Below, in pieces: positions 43,613 to 52,594 of a stretch of 60,204 nucleotides of DNA. The notes under the pieces were generated by a model. That model was not told the DNA's origin. It saw only the letters and a program-made list of their open reading frames with translations, and searched no databases. Both the position numbers and the translations under genes were made by a program. The number at the start of each line of letters is the position of its first letter. The stretch's first letter is position 1. Source of the stretch: a virus; the IMG/VR virus record IMGVR_UViG_3300036944_000689, positions 1 to 60,204 of that record; one strand, written 5' to 3'.

Positions 43613-43688
43613 GTATCGGTAGCTCAACTGGCAGAGCGCTGGTCTCCAAAACCAGAGGTTGTAGGTTCGAGGCCTACCCGGTATGCCA
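43613..43688 (+). tRNA. tRNA-Trp (anticodon CCA)
   Basis: 76-nt cloverleaf. Acceptor GTATCGG/CCGGTAT with two G-U pairs. Anticodon loop CTCCAAA. T arm GTAGG-TTCGAGG-CCTAC. Encoded GCCA end. Confidence 0.8.
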
Positions 43689-43695
43689 GGTTTTG

Positions 43696-43803
43696 AATTG
43701 CGTGCCAGAGTTGGTCTATAGGTGACTCGATGCAAGAGCGGGGGCGTGGCGCCGAGAGCCTATACGCCCGCGCCCATGGGTTCAAATCCCATCGCAGTTC
43801 CCA
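43696..43803 (+). ncRNA. 108-nt tRNA-like element with canonical acceptor, T arm and CCA but an aberrant core
   Basis: AATTGCG pairs with CGCAGTT. T arm ATGGG-TTCAAAT-CCCAT. The 3-prime end is C-CCA. The 73-nt interior contains a long GC hairpin. No valid anticodon arm was found. Confidence 0.45.
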
Positions 43804-43812
43804 CACACCAAG

Positions 43813-43838
43813 GCCGCCTACTGGGGCGGCTTTTCTTT
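43813..43838 (+). terminator. Intrinsic terminator after the tRNA cluster
   Basis: GCCGCC-TACTGG-GGCGGC followed by TTTTCTTT. Confidence 0.8.
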
Positions 43839-43840
43839 GC

Positions 43841-43882
43841 CCCCCAGTAGGGTTCGATCAGAAAGTCCATTCCCGGAACACT
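43841..43882 (+). promoter_or_regulatory. Copy 3 of the bipartite late motif, heading the packaging/head genes
   Basis: Exact 14-mer at 43841-43854, N18, exact CCGGAACACT at 43873-43882. ATG 43890 lies 7 nt after AACACT. Confidence 0.6.
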
Positions 43883-43889
43883 CCGGGCC

Positions 43890-44516
43890 ATGGCAAAGAA
43901 ACCGGCTGGAAAACCTGCCACCCCAAGCAAAACGACACCTGCGGCCTCAAAGAAGGGGCGCTCTACTGGTGCGCGCGTGGATGGTTTGCTGCCTAAACAG
44001 GCCAAGTTTGTAGCGGAATACCTAATATCCGGAAATGCCACGCAAGCCGCTCTGGCTGCGGGTTACAGCCCCAAGACCGCCCATGTGATCGGGCAGGAAA
44101 ACTTGAAGAAACCTGTAATCGCAAGTCTTTTGCAGGTAAAGAACACCGAAATCGCCGCGCGCCAGGATGAACGCCTCGCCGCGATGGAGTTGACCAAGGA
44201 GCGCGTGCAGCGCGAGATCGCCCGGATCGCCTTCTTCGACGCCCGCAAGATGTTTGGCCCGGACGGCACGCCACTGGCTATCACCGAGCTGGACGACGAC
44301 ACCGCCGCCTGCATCGTGGGCCTGGATGTGTTGGAAGAGTGGCAAGGCACTGGCGAAGCCCGGGTGCTGGTCGGCCACGTCAAGAAGTACAAGATCGCCA
44401 ACAAGAATGTGGCGCTGGATCAGGCTTCCAAGATCCTGGGGATGTACGAGAAGGACAACGAGCAGACCAAGCCAAACGTCCGCGTGGTGGTTGTTCCAGC
44501 GAAGGACGCATCGTGA
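43890..44516 (+). CDS. terS: Terminase small subunit, 208 aa
   Basis: LPKQAKFVAEYLISGNATQAALAAGYSPKTAHVIGQENLKKP is the typical Terminase_2-type HTH region. Confidence 0.9.
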   Translation: MAKKPAGKPATPSKTTPAASKKGRSTGARVDGLLPKQAKFVAEYLISGNATQAALAAGYSPKTAHVIGQENLKKPVIASLLQVKNTEIAARQDERLAAMELTKERVQREIARIAFFDARKMFGPDGTPLAITELDDDTAACIVGLDVLEEWQGTGEARVLVGHVKKYKIANKNVALDQASKILGMYEKDNEQTKPNVRVVVVPAKDAS

Positions 44517-45913
44517 TCCTTGCGCCTGTTGCTGACGATGTTTTGTGGAAGCCTGCGCCGAAGCAGTCAATGCTTCTTTCGGCTGTGGATCTTGAGGTTT
44601 TGTACGGCGGTGCGGCTGGCGCAGGCAAGTCGGATTGCTTGCTGATCGACGCGCTTGGCTTGCAGCAGAACGCCATAGAGAACCGAAACTATCAAGCCAT
44701 CATTTTCCGGCGCACTTTCCCCGACCTGCGCGACCTGATTGACCGCTCGCAGGACCTTTACCCAGCGTTCGGCGGGAAGTACGACAAAACCAGTCACATC
44801 TGGGCCTTCCCGAGTGGCGCGCGCGTCGAGTTCGGGCACATGCAGTACGACAGCGACCGCTTCAAGTACCGTGGGCGCGCCTTCCAGTACATAGGCTGGG
44901 ACGAGCTGACGCTGTTCCCGACCGATGTGCCTTACCGGTACATGCTGTCGCGGCTGCGCTCGAAAGACCCAGCCATCACCTGCTATGTGCGCGCGACCAC
45001 CAACCCGGATGGCCCAGGCTTCCGCTGGGTAAAGGAATACTGGCGCATCCCGACCGAAGGCACGTCCACTCGATTCAAGGTGGCCGTCAAAGACCCGGAA
45101 ACCGGCGAAGAACACGAACACGGGCGCAGGTTCATTTCTGCCCGTCTGAGCGACAACCCTCACCTGGCTGATAGCGGTTACCGCCAGACACTGCTGCTGC
45201 TGTCGGCGGAAGAGCAGCGTGCATTGCTGATGGGCCGATGGGAGACGCCAAACATTAAAGGCGCGTACTACGCCGAGCAGATGGAGGCGGCCCGCCTTGC
45301 TGGGCGAGTTCTCAAGATACCGTTGCTTGCTGGTGTGCCAGTCAATACCTTTTGGGATTTGGGTTGGAACGACACCACAGCCATCTGGTTTCACCAGCGG
45401 GTTGGCATGGAGCACCGATTCATCGACTACATCGAGTGCAGCGGCAAAGATTTGGGATTCTTTGCGCAGGAGCTGCAAGGTCGCCCATACACCTACGCCC
45501 AGCACTATCTGCCGCACGACGCTGAGAACAAGACACTCGCATCTGGTGGGAAAAGCGTCCGAATGCTGCTGCAGGACTTGTTGCCTGGGCACAAATTTAC
45601 CGTTGTTCCACGCACAGAAAACCTCGTGTCTTCGATCAACCAGACCCGGGCCGTGCTGCCTGCCTGCTATTTCGATGAGGACAAGTGCGCCGATGGTGTG
45701 GCGGCCATGGAGGCCTACCGCCGCGAGTGGGACGAGAAGCTTGGCGACTACAAGCAGGAGCCGTTGCACGACTGGGCCTCCAACGGGGCAGACGCTTTCC
45801 GGCAGTTCGCACAGGGCTTCCGCGAAATCTACATGCCCGGCACCAAGCCAAAGAGCTGGCGCGACCGCCTCGGCATCAAGAACAAATCGAACGGATCGGC
45901 TCAGGCCGCTTGA
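44513..45913 (+). CDS. terL: Terminase large subunit, 466 aa (GTG start overlapping the terS stop)
   Basis: Walker A YGGAAGAGKS. Walker B-like YIGWDELT. C-terminal nuclease region. GTGA overlap with terS. Confidence 0.88.
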   Translation: MILAPVADDVLWKPAPKQSMLLSAVDLEVLYGGAAGAGKSDCLLIDALGLQQNAIENRNYQAIIFRRTFPDLRDLIDRSQDLYPAFGGKYDKTSHIWAFPSGARVEFGHMQYDSDRFKYRGRAFQYIGWDELTLFPTDVPYRYMLSRLRSKDPAITCYVRATTNPDGPGFRWVKEYWRIPTEGTSTRFKVAVKDPETGEEHEHGRRFISARLSDNPHLADSGYRQTLLLLSAEEQRALLMGRWETPNIKGAYYAEQMEAARLAGRVLKIPLLAGVPVNTFWDLGWNDTTAIWFHQRVGMEHRFIDYIECSGKDLGFFAQELQGRPYTYAQHYLPHDAENKTLASGGKSVRMLLQDLLPGHKFTVVPRTENLVSSINQTRAVLPACYFDEDKCADGVAAMEAYRREWDEKLGDYKQEPLHDWASNGADAFRQFAQGFREIYMPGTKPKSWRDRLGIKNKSNGSAQAA

Positions 45914-45918
45914 ACACC

Positions 45919-48003
45919 ATGGCAAACGACCAAAGCGCGCGCGAAAACTGGGCTCGCTACCAGTACGGCAAGGACCGTGGGCACATCGAGTACACCGAGC
46001 AGGCGGAACTGTGCCAGCGCATGTACATGGGTGGCGGTCTGCAGTGGAGCGATGTGGACAAGGACATCCTGCGTTCTCAAGGACGGCCGTTCTACGAGTT
46101 CAACGAGGTTAAGCCAAGCGTGAACAGCGCCATCGGCTACCAGATACAGAACCGCATGGACATCGCGTTCAAGCCGCGCGGGGAACAGGGCGATCTGGAC
46201 ACAGCGACGATCTTGTCCAAGGTGGCCATGCAGATCGCCGACAGCACGAAGCTGCACTGGCTGGAGACCCAGGTGTACAGCGACGGCCTGATCGAGCAGC
46301 GCGGCTACTACGACATCCGCATGGACTTCGACCGCAACATGAAGGGCGATGTCACGATCTTTGGGCTCGACCCGCGCGATGTCATCCCGGACCCAGACGC
46401 CAAGAGCTACGACCCTGACAAGTGGGGCGATGTCACGGTTTCGCGCTGGCTGACGCTGGACGAGATCGAGCAGCTGTGGGGCAAGGCGGCGCGCGACAAG
46501 GCGGCGGCATCCGGCGACGAAGGCCAGGACTACGGAGAGACAGACGACGAAGTCCGCCGAAACAAGTTCGGTAGCGACCGCAATGTCGGCCTGTACGACG
46601 CCTTCACCATGGGCGGCGACGGGATGCAGCGCTATCGCGTCATCGATCGCCAGATCGCGGTGTTCGAAAAGACCGATTGCCTGGTGTATCCCGAGAGCGG
46701 TGACATCATCATCATGGCCAACATGTCCGAGGAGTCGGTGGCCGATGCTCTGAACAAGGGCGCGGTGAAGGCCAAGCGCATGCGCCGCCGCATCAAGTGG
46801 GTAGTCAGCACATTCAGCACCACGCTGCACGAAGGCTACAGCCCCTACGACCACTTCACTGTCGTCCCTTACTTCGCCTACTTCCGGCGCGGCATGACCC
46901 GTGGCATGGTGGATGACGCCATTGGCCCACAAGAGGCATTGAACAAGGCCGTCAGCCAGTACATCCACATCATCAACACCAGCGCCAACAGCGGCTGGAT
47001 CGTGGAGCAAGACAGCCTGACGAACATGACCGTCGAGGATCTTGAGGAAGTCGGCGCCAAGACAGGGTTGGTGATCGAGTTCCAGAAAGGGACCACGAAG
47101 CCCGAGAAGATCCTGCCTAACCAGATCCCGACTGGCGTGGACAAGCTGATCGATCGCGCGACCAAGGCCCTTAAAGATGTGACCGTTCCAGAGGCAATGC
47201 GCGGCCAACAAGGCCCGGAGAGCAGCGGTGTCGCCATCCAGGCCAAGCAGTTCGCCAGCCAACAGCAGTTAGCCGTCCCATTGGACAACCTGGCATACAC
47301 CCGCCAGCTCTTGGCTGCCCGCATCCTGAAGCTGATCCAGCGCTATTACGACAGCTACCGCGTCTTCCGCATCACCGAGACAGACCCTAAGACCGGCAAG
47401 CCGAAGGAAGAGATTCTGGAGATCAACAAGTTCGACCCGGAGACTGGTTCTTACTTGTACGACGTCACGGTGGGCGAATACGACGTGGTCATCACCGAGC
47501 AGCCGATGCAGGTGACGTTTGAGAACAGCCAGTTCCAGCAGGTCATCGAACTGATGAAGGCTGGCGTGCAACTGCCACCAACGGCAGCGCTGCGCTACTC
47601 CAACCTGACGGACAAGCACGAGCTCATGGAGCAGATGGCAGGAGCAGGCGCACCGCCGCCTGACCCAGAAGCAGAGGCTCGCGCCCAGCTCACCATGGCC
47701 CAAGCCCGCAAGGCTGACTCCGACGCCACGAACACGGACATGGAAACGCTGTACAGCGCAGCCCAGACCGCGCAGGTGCTGGCCACCATTCCGCAGACCG
47801 CGCCGCTGGCCGACGAGTTGGCCGCATCCGTGGGCTTTAAGGATCAGAACGGCGGGACCATCGTGCCGCAACTGGCTGAAGCCGCCATGGCCGCGCCTGT
47901 GGACCCATTCCCTTCGAACACAGACCCAACCACACCAGCCAGCCCTGACATTGGGTTTCAGGCCGGGATTGAGACGCCAGAAGCCGACGGCGTGATTGTT
48001 TGA
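45919..48003 (+). CDS. Portal protein, 694 aa
   Basis: The ATG lies 5 nt after the terL stop. Supported by size, position and an acidic C-terminal region. Confidence 0.8.
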   Translation: MANDQSARENWARYQYGKDRGHIEYTEQAELCQRMYMGGGLQWSDVDKDILRSQGRPFYEFNEVKPSVNSAIGYQIQNRMDIAFKPRGEQGDLDTATILSKVAMQIADSTKLHWLETQVYSDGLIEQRGYYDIRMDFDRNMKGDVTIFGLDPRDVIPDPDAKSYDPDKWGDVTVSRWLTLDEIEQLWGKAARDKAAASGDEGQDYGETDDEVRRNKFGSDRNVGLYDAFTMGGDGMQRYRVIDRQIAVFEKTDCLVYPESGDIIIMANMSEESVADALNKGAVKAKRMRRRIKWVVSTFSTTLHEGYSPYDHFTVVPYFAYFRRGMTRGMVDDAIGPQEALNKAVSQYIHIINTSANSGWIVEQDSLTNMTVEDLEEVGAKTGLVIEFQKGTTKPEKILPNQIPTGVDKLIDRATKALKDVTVPEAMRGQQGPESSGVAIQAKQFASQQQLAVPLDNLAYTRQLLAARILKLIQRYYDSYRVFRITETDPKTGKPKEEILEINKFDPETGSYLYDVTVGEYDVVITEQPMQVTFENSQFQQVIELMKAGVQLPPTAALRYSNLTDKHELMEQMAGAGAPPPDPEAEARAQLTMAQARKADSDATNTDMETLYSAAQTAQVLATIPQTAPLADELAASVGFKDQNGGTIVPQLAEAAMAAPVDPFPSNTDPTTPASPDIGFQAGIETPEADGVIV

Positions 48004-48024
48004 CCACCACCGAGAGAGAAGACC

Positions 48025-48459
48025 ATGACCACCTATTGCAAAGGGCTAACAAGAATGGGGCACGGTGAGAACGCTGTGTGCGGGGATCGCTACTACAGCG
48101 ATACCTACCAGTGCGCGAGTTGCGCATTGATTGACGGCAAAGCAGCAACCCAAGAAGCCAAAGGCACCAACACTGCAGACGACGGCCTGGTGAAAGCCAT
48201 CGCTCGCGTTGCCCATGAAGTCGTCGCTGGCCACAACACCGCCTATGGCAACTACACCACGCCGCCTTGGGAGTCGCTGCCGGAGAAGGACAAGGCCCAC
48301 ACCTGCGCCAGGGTGGCTGCGTTCCTGAACAACCCAGGACTTCACCCAACCGCCCAGCACGGGGTGGCTGTGGCTACGTTGTCTGCCTCAGAGCGCGCTG
48401 CGGCCTACGTTTTCCACGGGGTAGTGCACGCCATCGCCCGCGAGCAGACCCGCGATTGA
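48025..48459 (+). CDS. RyR-domain-like protein, 144 aa
   Basis: IARVAHEVVAGHNTAYGNYTTPPWESLPEKDKAHTCARVAAFL resembles the RyR repeat pattern (hE.w...G......W..Lpe..K...r). Confidence 0.5.
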   Translation: MTTYCKGLTRMGHGENAVCGDRYYSDTYQCASCALIDGKAATQEAKGTNTADDGLVKAIARVAHEVVAGHNTAYGNYTTPPWESLPEKDKAHTCARVAAFLNNPGLHPTAQHGVAVATLSASERAAAYVFHGVVHAIAREQTRD

Positions 48460-48486
48460 ATTTCCAACCAACCAAAGGAGATCGGC

Positions 48487-48663
48487 ATGAAAGGAATCAC
48501 CGTTAGCGACAAGAGCGAACAGGACTGGCGCGCCGAGAGCGACATGCGCGCCTTGGCTGAAGCCGAAGAGATCCGCAAGGACCCCAAGCGCCTGAAAGCC
48601 GCCCTGGCCAAGGCCAAGGAAAAGATCGCGGAGCTGCAGAGCCTGCAGACCGAGAAGAAGTAA
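48487..48663 (+). CDS. 58-aa coiled-coil protein
   Basis: Translated by hand (MKGITVSDKSEQDWRAESDMRALAEAEEIRKDPKRLKAALAKAKEKIAELQSLQTEKK). SD AAAGGAG. Confidence 0.55.
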   Translation: MKGITVSDKSEQDWRAESDMRALAEAEEIRKDPKRLKAALAKAKEKIAELQSLQTEKK

Positions 48664-48694
48664 CAAAACACCAACCACTGAGAAAGACCAAACC

Positions 48695-49726
48695 ATGAAC
48701 CCCTTGCTCAAGATGATGATGGCCCGCGTGATGGCTCCCGCTGGCGAAGATGGCACCGACACCGGTGGAACAGACACGTCTGTGGTGGATCGCGGCGATG
48801 TGGTTGACCCTGCTCTGACCGCAGACAACCTGGCATCGCTGGTCGAGGCCAATGACGATGGCTTCGGAGATGCAGACCCCAACGCAGGCGAGCAGGACGA
48901 CCAGGCGGCTGGAGAAGGCCAAGGCGGCGCAGATGATGCTGCTGGCGAACACGGGCGCCCCGCCGCCACTGGCATCCCCAAGGGCCGCTTCAACGAAGTG
49001 AATCAGCAGCGCAAAGACGCGCTGGCCGCGCTGGCCGCCGCCAATGAAGAGATCGCTCGCCTGAAGGGGACGAAGCCAGACGCTGCGAGCCCAACACCTG
49101 CACCGGCGCCAGCTGCGAAAGCACCAGCCCCTGCAACTGCCGCCGCAGCACCAGCCGGTGAATTCGACGTCGAGGCCCAGGAAGAAGCCTATGTTGCCGC
49201 CCTGATGGAGGGTGACACGAAGGGCGCTGTCGCCATCCGCCGCCAGATCAATGCGTTCCTCCAGGACCAGGCATCAGCCCGAGCAACCCAGGAACTGACG
49301 GCCAGACAGTCCGCGCAGCTGCTGAAGACCACCGCCGAAAGCGTGTCGGCTGCCTACCCATGGTTGAACACTCCGGAAGGCGCAGACACGCTGGAACTGA
49401 TCCTGGCTGCGCGCGACCGCAAGATCGCAAACGGCATGCCTCCACACCTGGCACTGGCCGACGCAGCGAACACTATTGCCCCGAAATTCGCCCCTGAAGG
49501 TGAGACGCCCCCCAGTAGGGTTTCTGCAAATGGCGAACCTGCGAAAGACTCACGTCCAGCAGCAGCACTAGCCCGTGGTGCAGCGGATTCAACCGCTCAA
49601 CCACCGGCATTGCAGGCTGGTATCGGGCAGCGGGCAACCGCCGCACGCGTGAACGTAAGTCAGATGACCGAGGAGCAATTCGAGGCGCTGACACCGGCTG
49701 AGAAGAAACGCCTACGCGGCGATTGA
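48695..49726 (+). CDS. Scaffolding protein, 343 aa
   Basis: Acidic N-terminus, Ala/Pro-rich linker and helical C-terminus. Lies immediately before the capsid gene. Confidence 0.7.
   Translation: MNPLLKMMMARVMAPAGEDGTDTGGTDTSVVDRGDVVDPALTADNLASLVEANDDGFGDADPNAGEQDDQAAGEGQGGADDAAGEHGRPAATGIPKGRFNEVNQQRKDALAALAAANEEIARLKGTKPDAASPTPAPAPAAKAPAPATAAAAPAGEFDVEAQEEAYVAALMEGDTKGAVAIRRQINAFLQDQASARATQELTARQSAQLLKTTAESVSAAYPWLNTPEGADTLELILAARDRKIANGMPPHLALADAANTIAPKFAPEGETPPSRVSANGEPAKDSRPAAALARGAADSTAQPPALQAGIGQRATAARVNVSQMTEEQFEALTPAEKKRLRGD
49509..49550 (+). promoter_or_regulatory. Copy 4 of the bipartite late motif, located inside the scaffold ORF
   Basis: Exact 14-mer at 49509-49522, N18, then GCGAAAGACT (7/10 match). 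Confidence 0.35.
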
Positions 49727-49886
49727 CGCTCAGGGCCAGCGGGAGACCACCCGCCTGCTGGCCATCCTCTCCAGGGTGATTTCGTCCACACGGCAGGACG
49801 TTAAACGGCCAGGCGCTCTTGACCGCCTCGTAGTCATGTTTCTCGCATTGGCAGCGCACGCCTTAGTCCGTAACCAATCAAGGAGC

Positions 49887-50996
49887 ATGGCTATGAGCCT
49901 GACCAATTTTGCGGCCCTGACGCCGCAGCAAAAACTTGTCTGGTCTCGCGATGTGTGGTCCGCCGCACGCGACCAGATGTTCGTCAAGCGTTTCCTGGGC
50001 ACCGGCCAGAACGCAATGATCCAGCGCATCACCGAGCTGACCAAGACTGAAAAGGGCGAGCAGGTCATCATGCATCTGGTGGCCGACCTGGTCCAAGACG
50101 GCGTGATCGGTGACAACGAGCGCGAAGGCAACGAGGAATCGATGCAGTCGTACTCGCAGATCATCACCATCGATCAGCTCACCCACAGCGTGCGCAACAA
50201 GGGCAAGCTGGCTGATCAGAAGACGGTGATCAACTTCCGCGAAATGGGCAAGGACCGCCTTGCTTACTGGCTGGCCAATCGCACCGACCAACTGACGTTC
50301 CTGACGCTGTCCGGCATCAGCTACGCCTTCCAGAACAACGGCGCGGCCCGCGTTGGCTCCCAATTCCCCAACCTGGCATTCGCCGCCGATGTGTCCGCAC
50401 CTTCGGCCAAGCGCTCGCTGATGTGGGACGGTACGTCGCTGGCTGTCTCCGCCACCGGCAGCATCACCACCGGCTACGTGCCCAGCTACAAGATGATCGT
50501 GGATCTCATCGCCTACGCGAAAGAGAACTACGTCAAGCCTCTGATGGAAGGCGGCAAGGAGTATTACGTGCTCCTGGTGGCCCCTGGCACGCTGGCGGCC
50601 CTGAAGAAGGATGCCGACTACCAGCGAGCAGTGGTGGCTGTTGCCACGAAGTCCGGCGCGGATTCGCCATGGTTCACCGGCGCAACCGTGACCGTTGACG
50701 GTGCCGTGATCCACGAGCACCGCCTGGTCTACACCACCAAGGGCGCCGCATCGGGCTCGAAGTGGGGTTCTGGCGGCCTGGTGAACGGCACCCGCACGCT
50801 GCTGTGCGGCGCTCAGGCACTGGGCATGGCCGACCTTGGCCCCGCCGAATGGGATGAGAAGACATTCCAGTACGGCAGCCAGCAGGGCATCAACATCGAC
50901 AAGATGTTTGGTCTCCTGAAGCCCAAGTTCTACAGCATCTACAACGGGTCCGTCGAGGACTTCGGCGTGGTGTCCGTGGATCACTACCTGCAATAA
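49887..50996 (+). CDS. Major capsid protein, 369 aa
   Basis: SD AAGGAGC. Supported by size and position after the scaffold. The N-terminus LTPQQKLVWSRDVWSAARDQMFVKRFLG resembles N4 gp56-type capsid proteins as remembered. Confidence 0.8.
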   Translation: MAMSLTNFAALTPQQKLVWSRDVWSAARDQMFVKRFLGTGQNAMIQRITELTKTEKGEQVIMHLVADLVQDGVIGDNEREGNEESMQSYSQIITIDQLTHSVRNKGKLADQKTVINFREMGKDRLAYWLANRTDQLTFLTLSGISYAFQNNGAARVGSQFPNLAFAADVSAPSAKRSLMWDGTSLAVSATGSITTGYVPSYKMIVDLIAYAKENYVKPLMEGGKEYYVLLVAPGTLAALKKDADYQRAVVAVATKSGADSPWFTGATVTVDGAVIHEHRLVYTTKGAASGSKWGSGGLVNGTRTLLCGAQALGMADLGPAEWDEKTFQYGSQQGINIDKMFGLLKPKFYSIYNGSVEDFGVVSVDHYLQ

Positions 50997-51008
50997 GCAG
51001 CCAAGCGA

Positions 51009-51026
51009 GCGGGGCTTCGGCCCCGT
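51009..51026 (+). terminator. Hairpin after the capsid gene (weak terminator or attenuator)
   Basis: GCGGGGC-TTCG-GCCCCGT with a UUCG loop, followed by a U-poor TTCATCC. Confidence 0.45.
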
Positions 51027-51060
51027 TCATCCATTCCCCTGATGTTGAAGGAATTTCATC

Positions 51061-51474
51061 ATGACCATCACCAAGAAATCTGGCCGCCAGGAAGTCATCG
51101 CGGCCACTGCCGACTTCACCTATGCCGACGTGACCGACGACACCTATATGGCTGCCGTTGATCTGCCCGGCGGCGCCATCGTAGTCGGCGGCCATCTGGC
51201 CATCACCACACTGTTCAACTCTGCCACGGATGACAAGTTCTCCATCGGTGACAAGGTGGGCTCTGCCTCCGCCACCAAGGACACCTATGCGGCCCTGTCG
51301 GCAGACATCACCGCTGTGGGCGCTGTGCCCATCGTGGCGACGGGCAAGAAGTACAGCGAGCCCAGCACTGTTGGCGTTGTTTGGAATGGCTCCGGCACGG
51401 CTCCTACCGCTGGTGTAGGCCGCCTGACGGTGCTCTACATCGTGGACGGCCGCGCTGCCTTCAGCCAAGGCTAA
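51061..51474 (+). CDS. Putative capsid decoration/auxiliary head protein, 137 aa
   Basis: Track ORF directly after the capsid gene. Beta-rich composition. Followed by tandem terminators. Confidence 0.5.
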   Translation: MTITKKSGRQEVIAATADFTYADVTDDTYMAAVDLPGGAIVVGGHLAITTLFNSATDDKFSIGDKVGSASATKDTYAALSADITAVGAVPIVATGKKYSEPSTVGVVWNGSGTAPTAGVGRLTVLYIVDGRAAFSQG

Positions 51475-51491
51475 ACCCTTTCTCAGTGGTC

Positions 51492-51543
51492 AGGCCAGAA
51501 ACGGCCTTTTGCACCCGGTGGCTTGATCACCACCGGGTTTTTT
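51492..51543 (+). terminator. Tandem intrinsic terminators
   Basis: AGGCC-AGAAAC-GGCCT plus TTT, then CCCGGTGG-cttgatca-CCACCGGG plus TTTTTT. Confidence 0.8.
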
Positions 51544-51556
51544 GAAGGACACAATC

Positions 51557-51910
51557 ATGAAATTTCGCTCTCCCACTGACGAGCCTATGCATGTGGCTCT
51601 GACGACCGGCCATACCTGCGTCATCCCGCCTGAAGGCGTTGACCTGGAGCCGATGTTCCAGCGCGAGGCCATTGCCCGTGGCGCACTGGCTGGTGACGAA
51701 GTCGCTCCGGTTGCTGGTTCGGCCCCGCAGTTCGACCGCAAGCAAGTCATCGCTGATGCCATCAATGCGCTGATGGACGGCGAAGATCAAGACGCATTCA
51801 ACGACGACGGCAAGCCAAACCTGAAGAAGCTCAACGCACGTTTGGGTTTCCAGGCATCGCGCACCGAAGTGGATGCGGTCTTTGAAGAAATGACCAAGCC
51901 TGACGCTTAA
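51557..51910 (+). CDS. Hypothetical head-module protein, 117 aa
   Basis: ATG after GAAGGA. Internal Met of track ORF 51542..51910. Confidence 0.55.
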   Translation: MKFRSPTDEPMHVALTTGHTCVIPPEGVDLEPMFQREAIARGALAGDEVAPVAGSAPQFDRKQVIADAINALMDGEDQDAFNDDGKPNLKKLNARLGFQASRTEVDAVFEEMTKPDA

Positions 51911-51919
51911 GGTCATTCC

Positions 51920-52591
51920 ATGAACGTCTCTGAGTTCATCGCCGCCTTCCGCACTGATTTGGTGGACAACGACACGCCACCGTTGTGGAGTGATTCCGAC
52001 ATCGTCCGCTACCTCAACGACGCGGTACAGGAGGCGAATGAACGGGCGTTCCTGACCGAGGACCGGGCTACACCGGCCGTTTGCAGCATCACGCTGTCGG
52101 CCGGTGTGTCAACGTACAACCTGCACCCTTCGGTCATCCGAATCAAGCGGATTTCCTACCTAGGCCGCCCATTGGACGAAACCAGCGTGGAGGCCATGGA
52201 CTGCGAATCCTCGAACTGGGAAAGCCGTTCAGGCGAGCCGCGCCGGTACATCTTCGAGCAGGCCAGTGGGGGTTCTCCGGCAAGGGTGCGCCTATGGCCC
52301 GCTCCAACCAGCGCTGGATCCATCGCGCTGACCGTCAATCGCGGCGCACTCAACAAGCTCACTGCTGCAAACGGAACGGCAAAGCCAGAGCTGCCGGAGC
52401 GGTTTCATGAGCGCCTGAAAGACTGGGTCTACCGATGCGCATACCTCAAGCAGGACGCAGACGCATTCGACAAGTCCAAGGCCATCGAGTTTGAAGCATC
52501 GTTTGAGCGCTCGTTTGGCCCGCGTCCCGATGCCAACGTTCAGCGCAAGCAGCGCGACAAACGACCACCCCTCGTGCGCTCCAGCTGGTAG
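51920..52591 (+). CDS. Putative head-tail adaptor/connector protein, 223 aa
   Basis: Track ORF. The call rests on position between the head and tail modules. Confidence 0.5.
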   Translation: MNVSEFIAAFRTDLVDNDTPPLWSDSDIVRYLNDAVQEANERAFLTEDRATPAVCSITLSAGVSTYNLHPSVIRIKRISYLGRPLDETSVEAMDCESSNWESRSGEPRRYIFEQASGGSPARVRLWPAPTSAGSIALTVNRGALNKLTAANGTAKPELPERFHERLKDWVYRCAYLKQDADAFDKSKAIEFEASFERSFGPRPDANVQRKQRDKRPPLVRSSW

Positions 52592-52594
52592 GCG

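Noticed and set aside
44567-47262. Minus-strand ORFs 44567..45925 (452 aa) and 45901..47262 (453 aa)
   Set aside because: They are antisense to terL and the portal, which carry clear motifs and translational coupling. The products are low in complexity.
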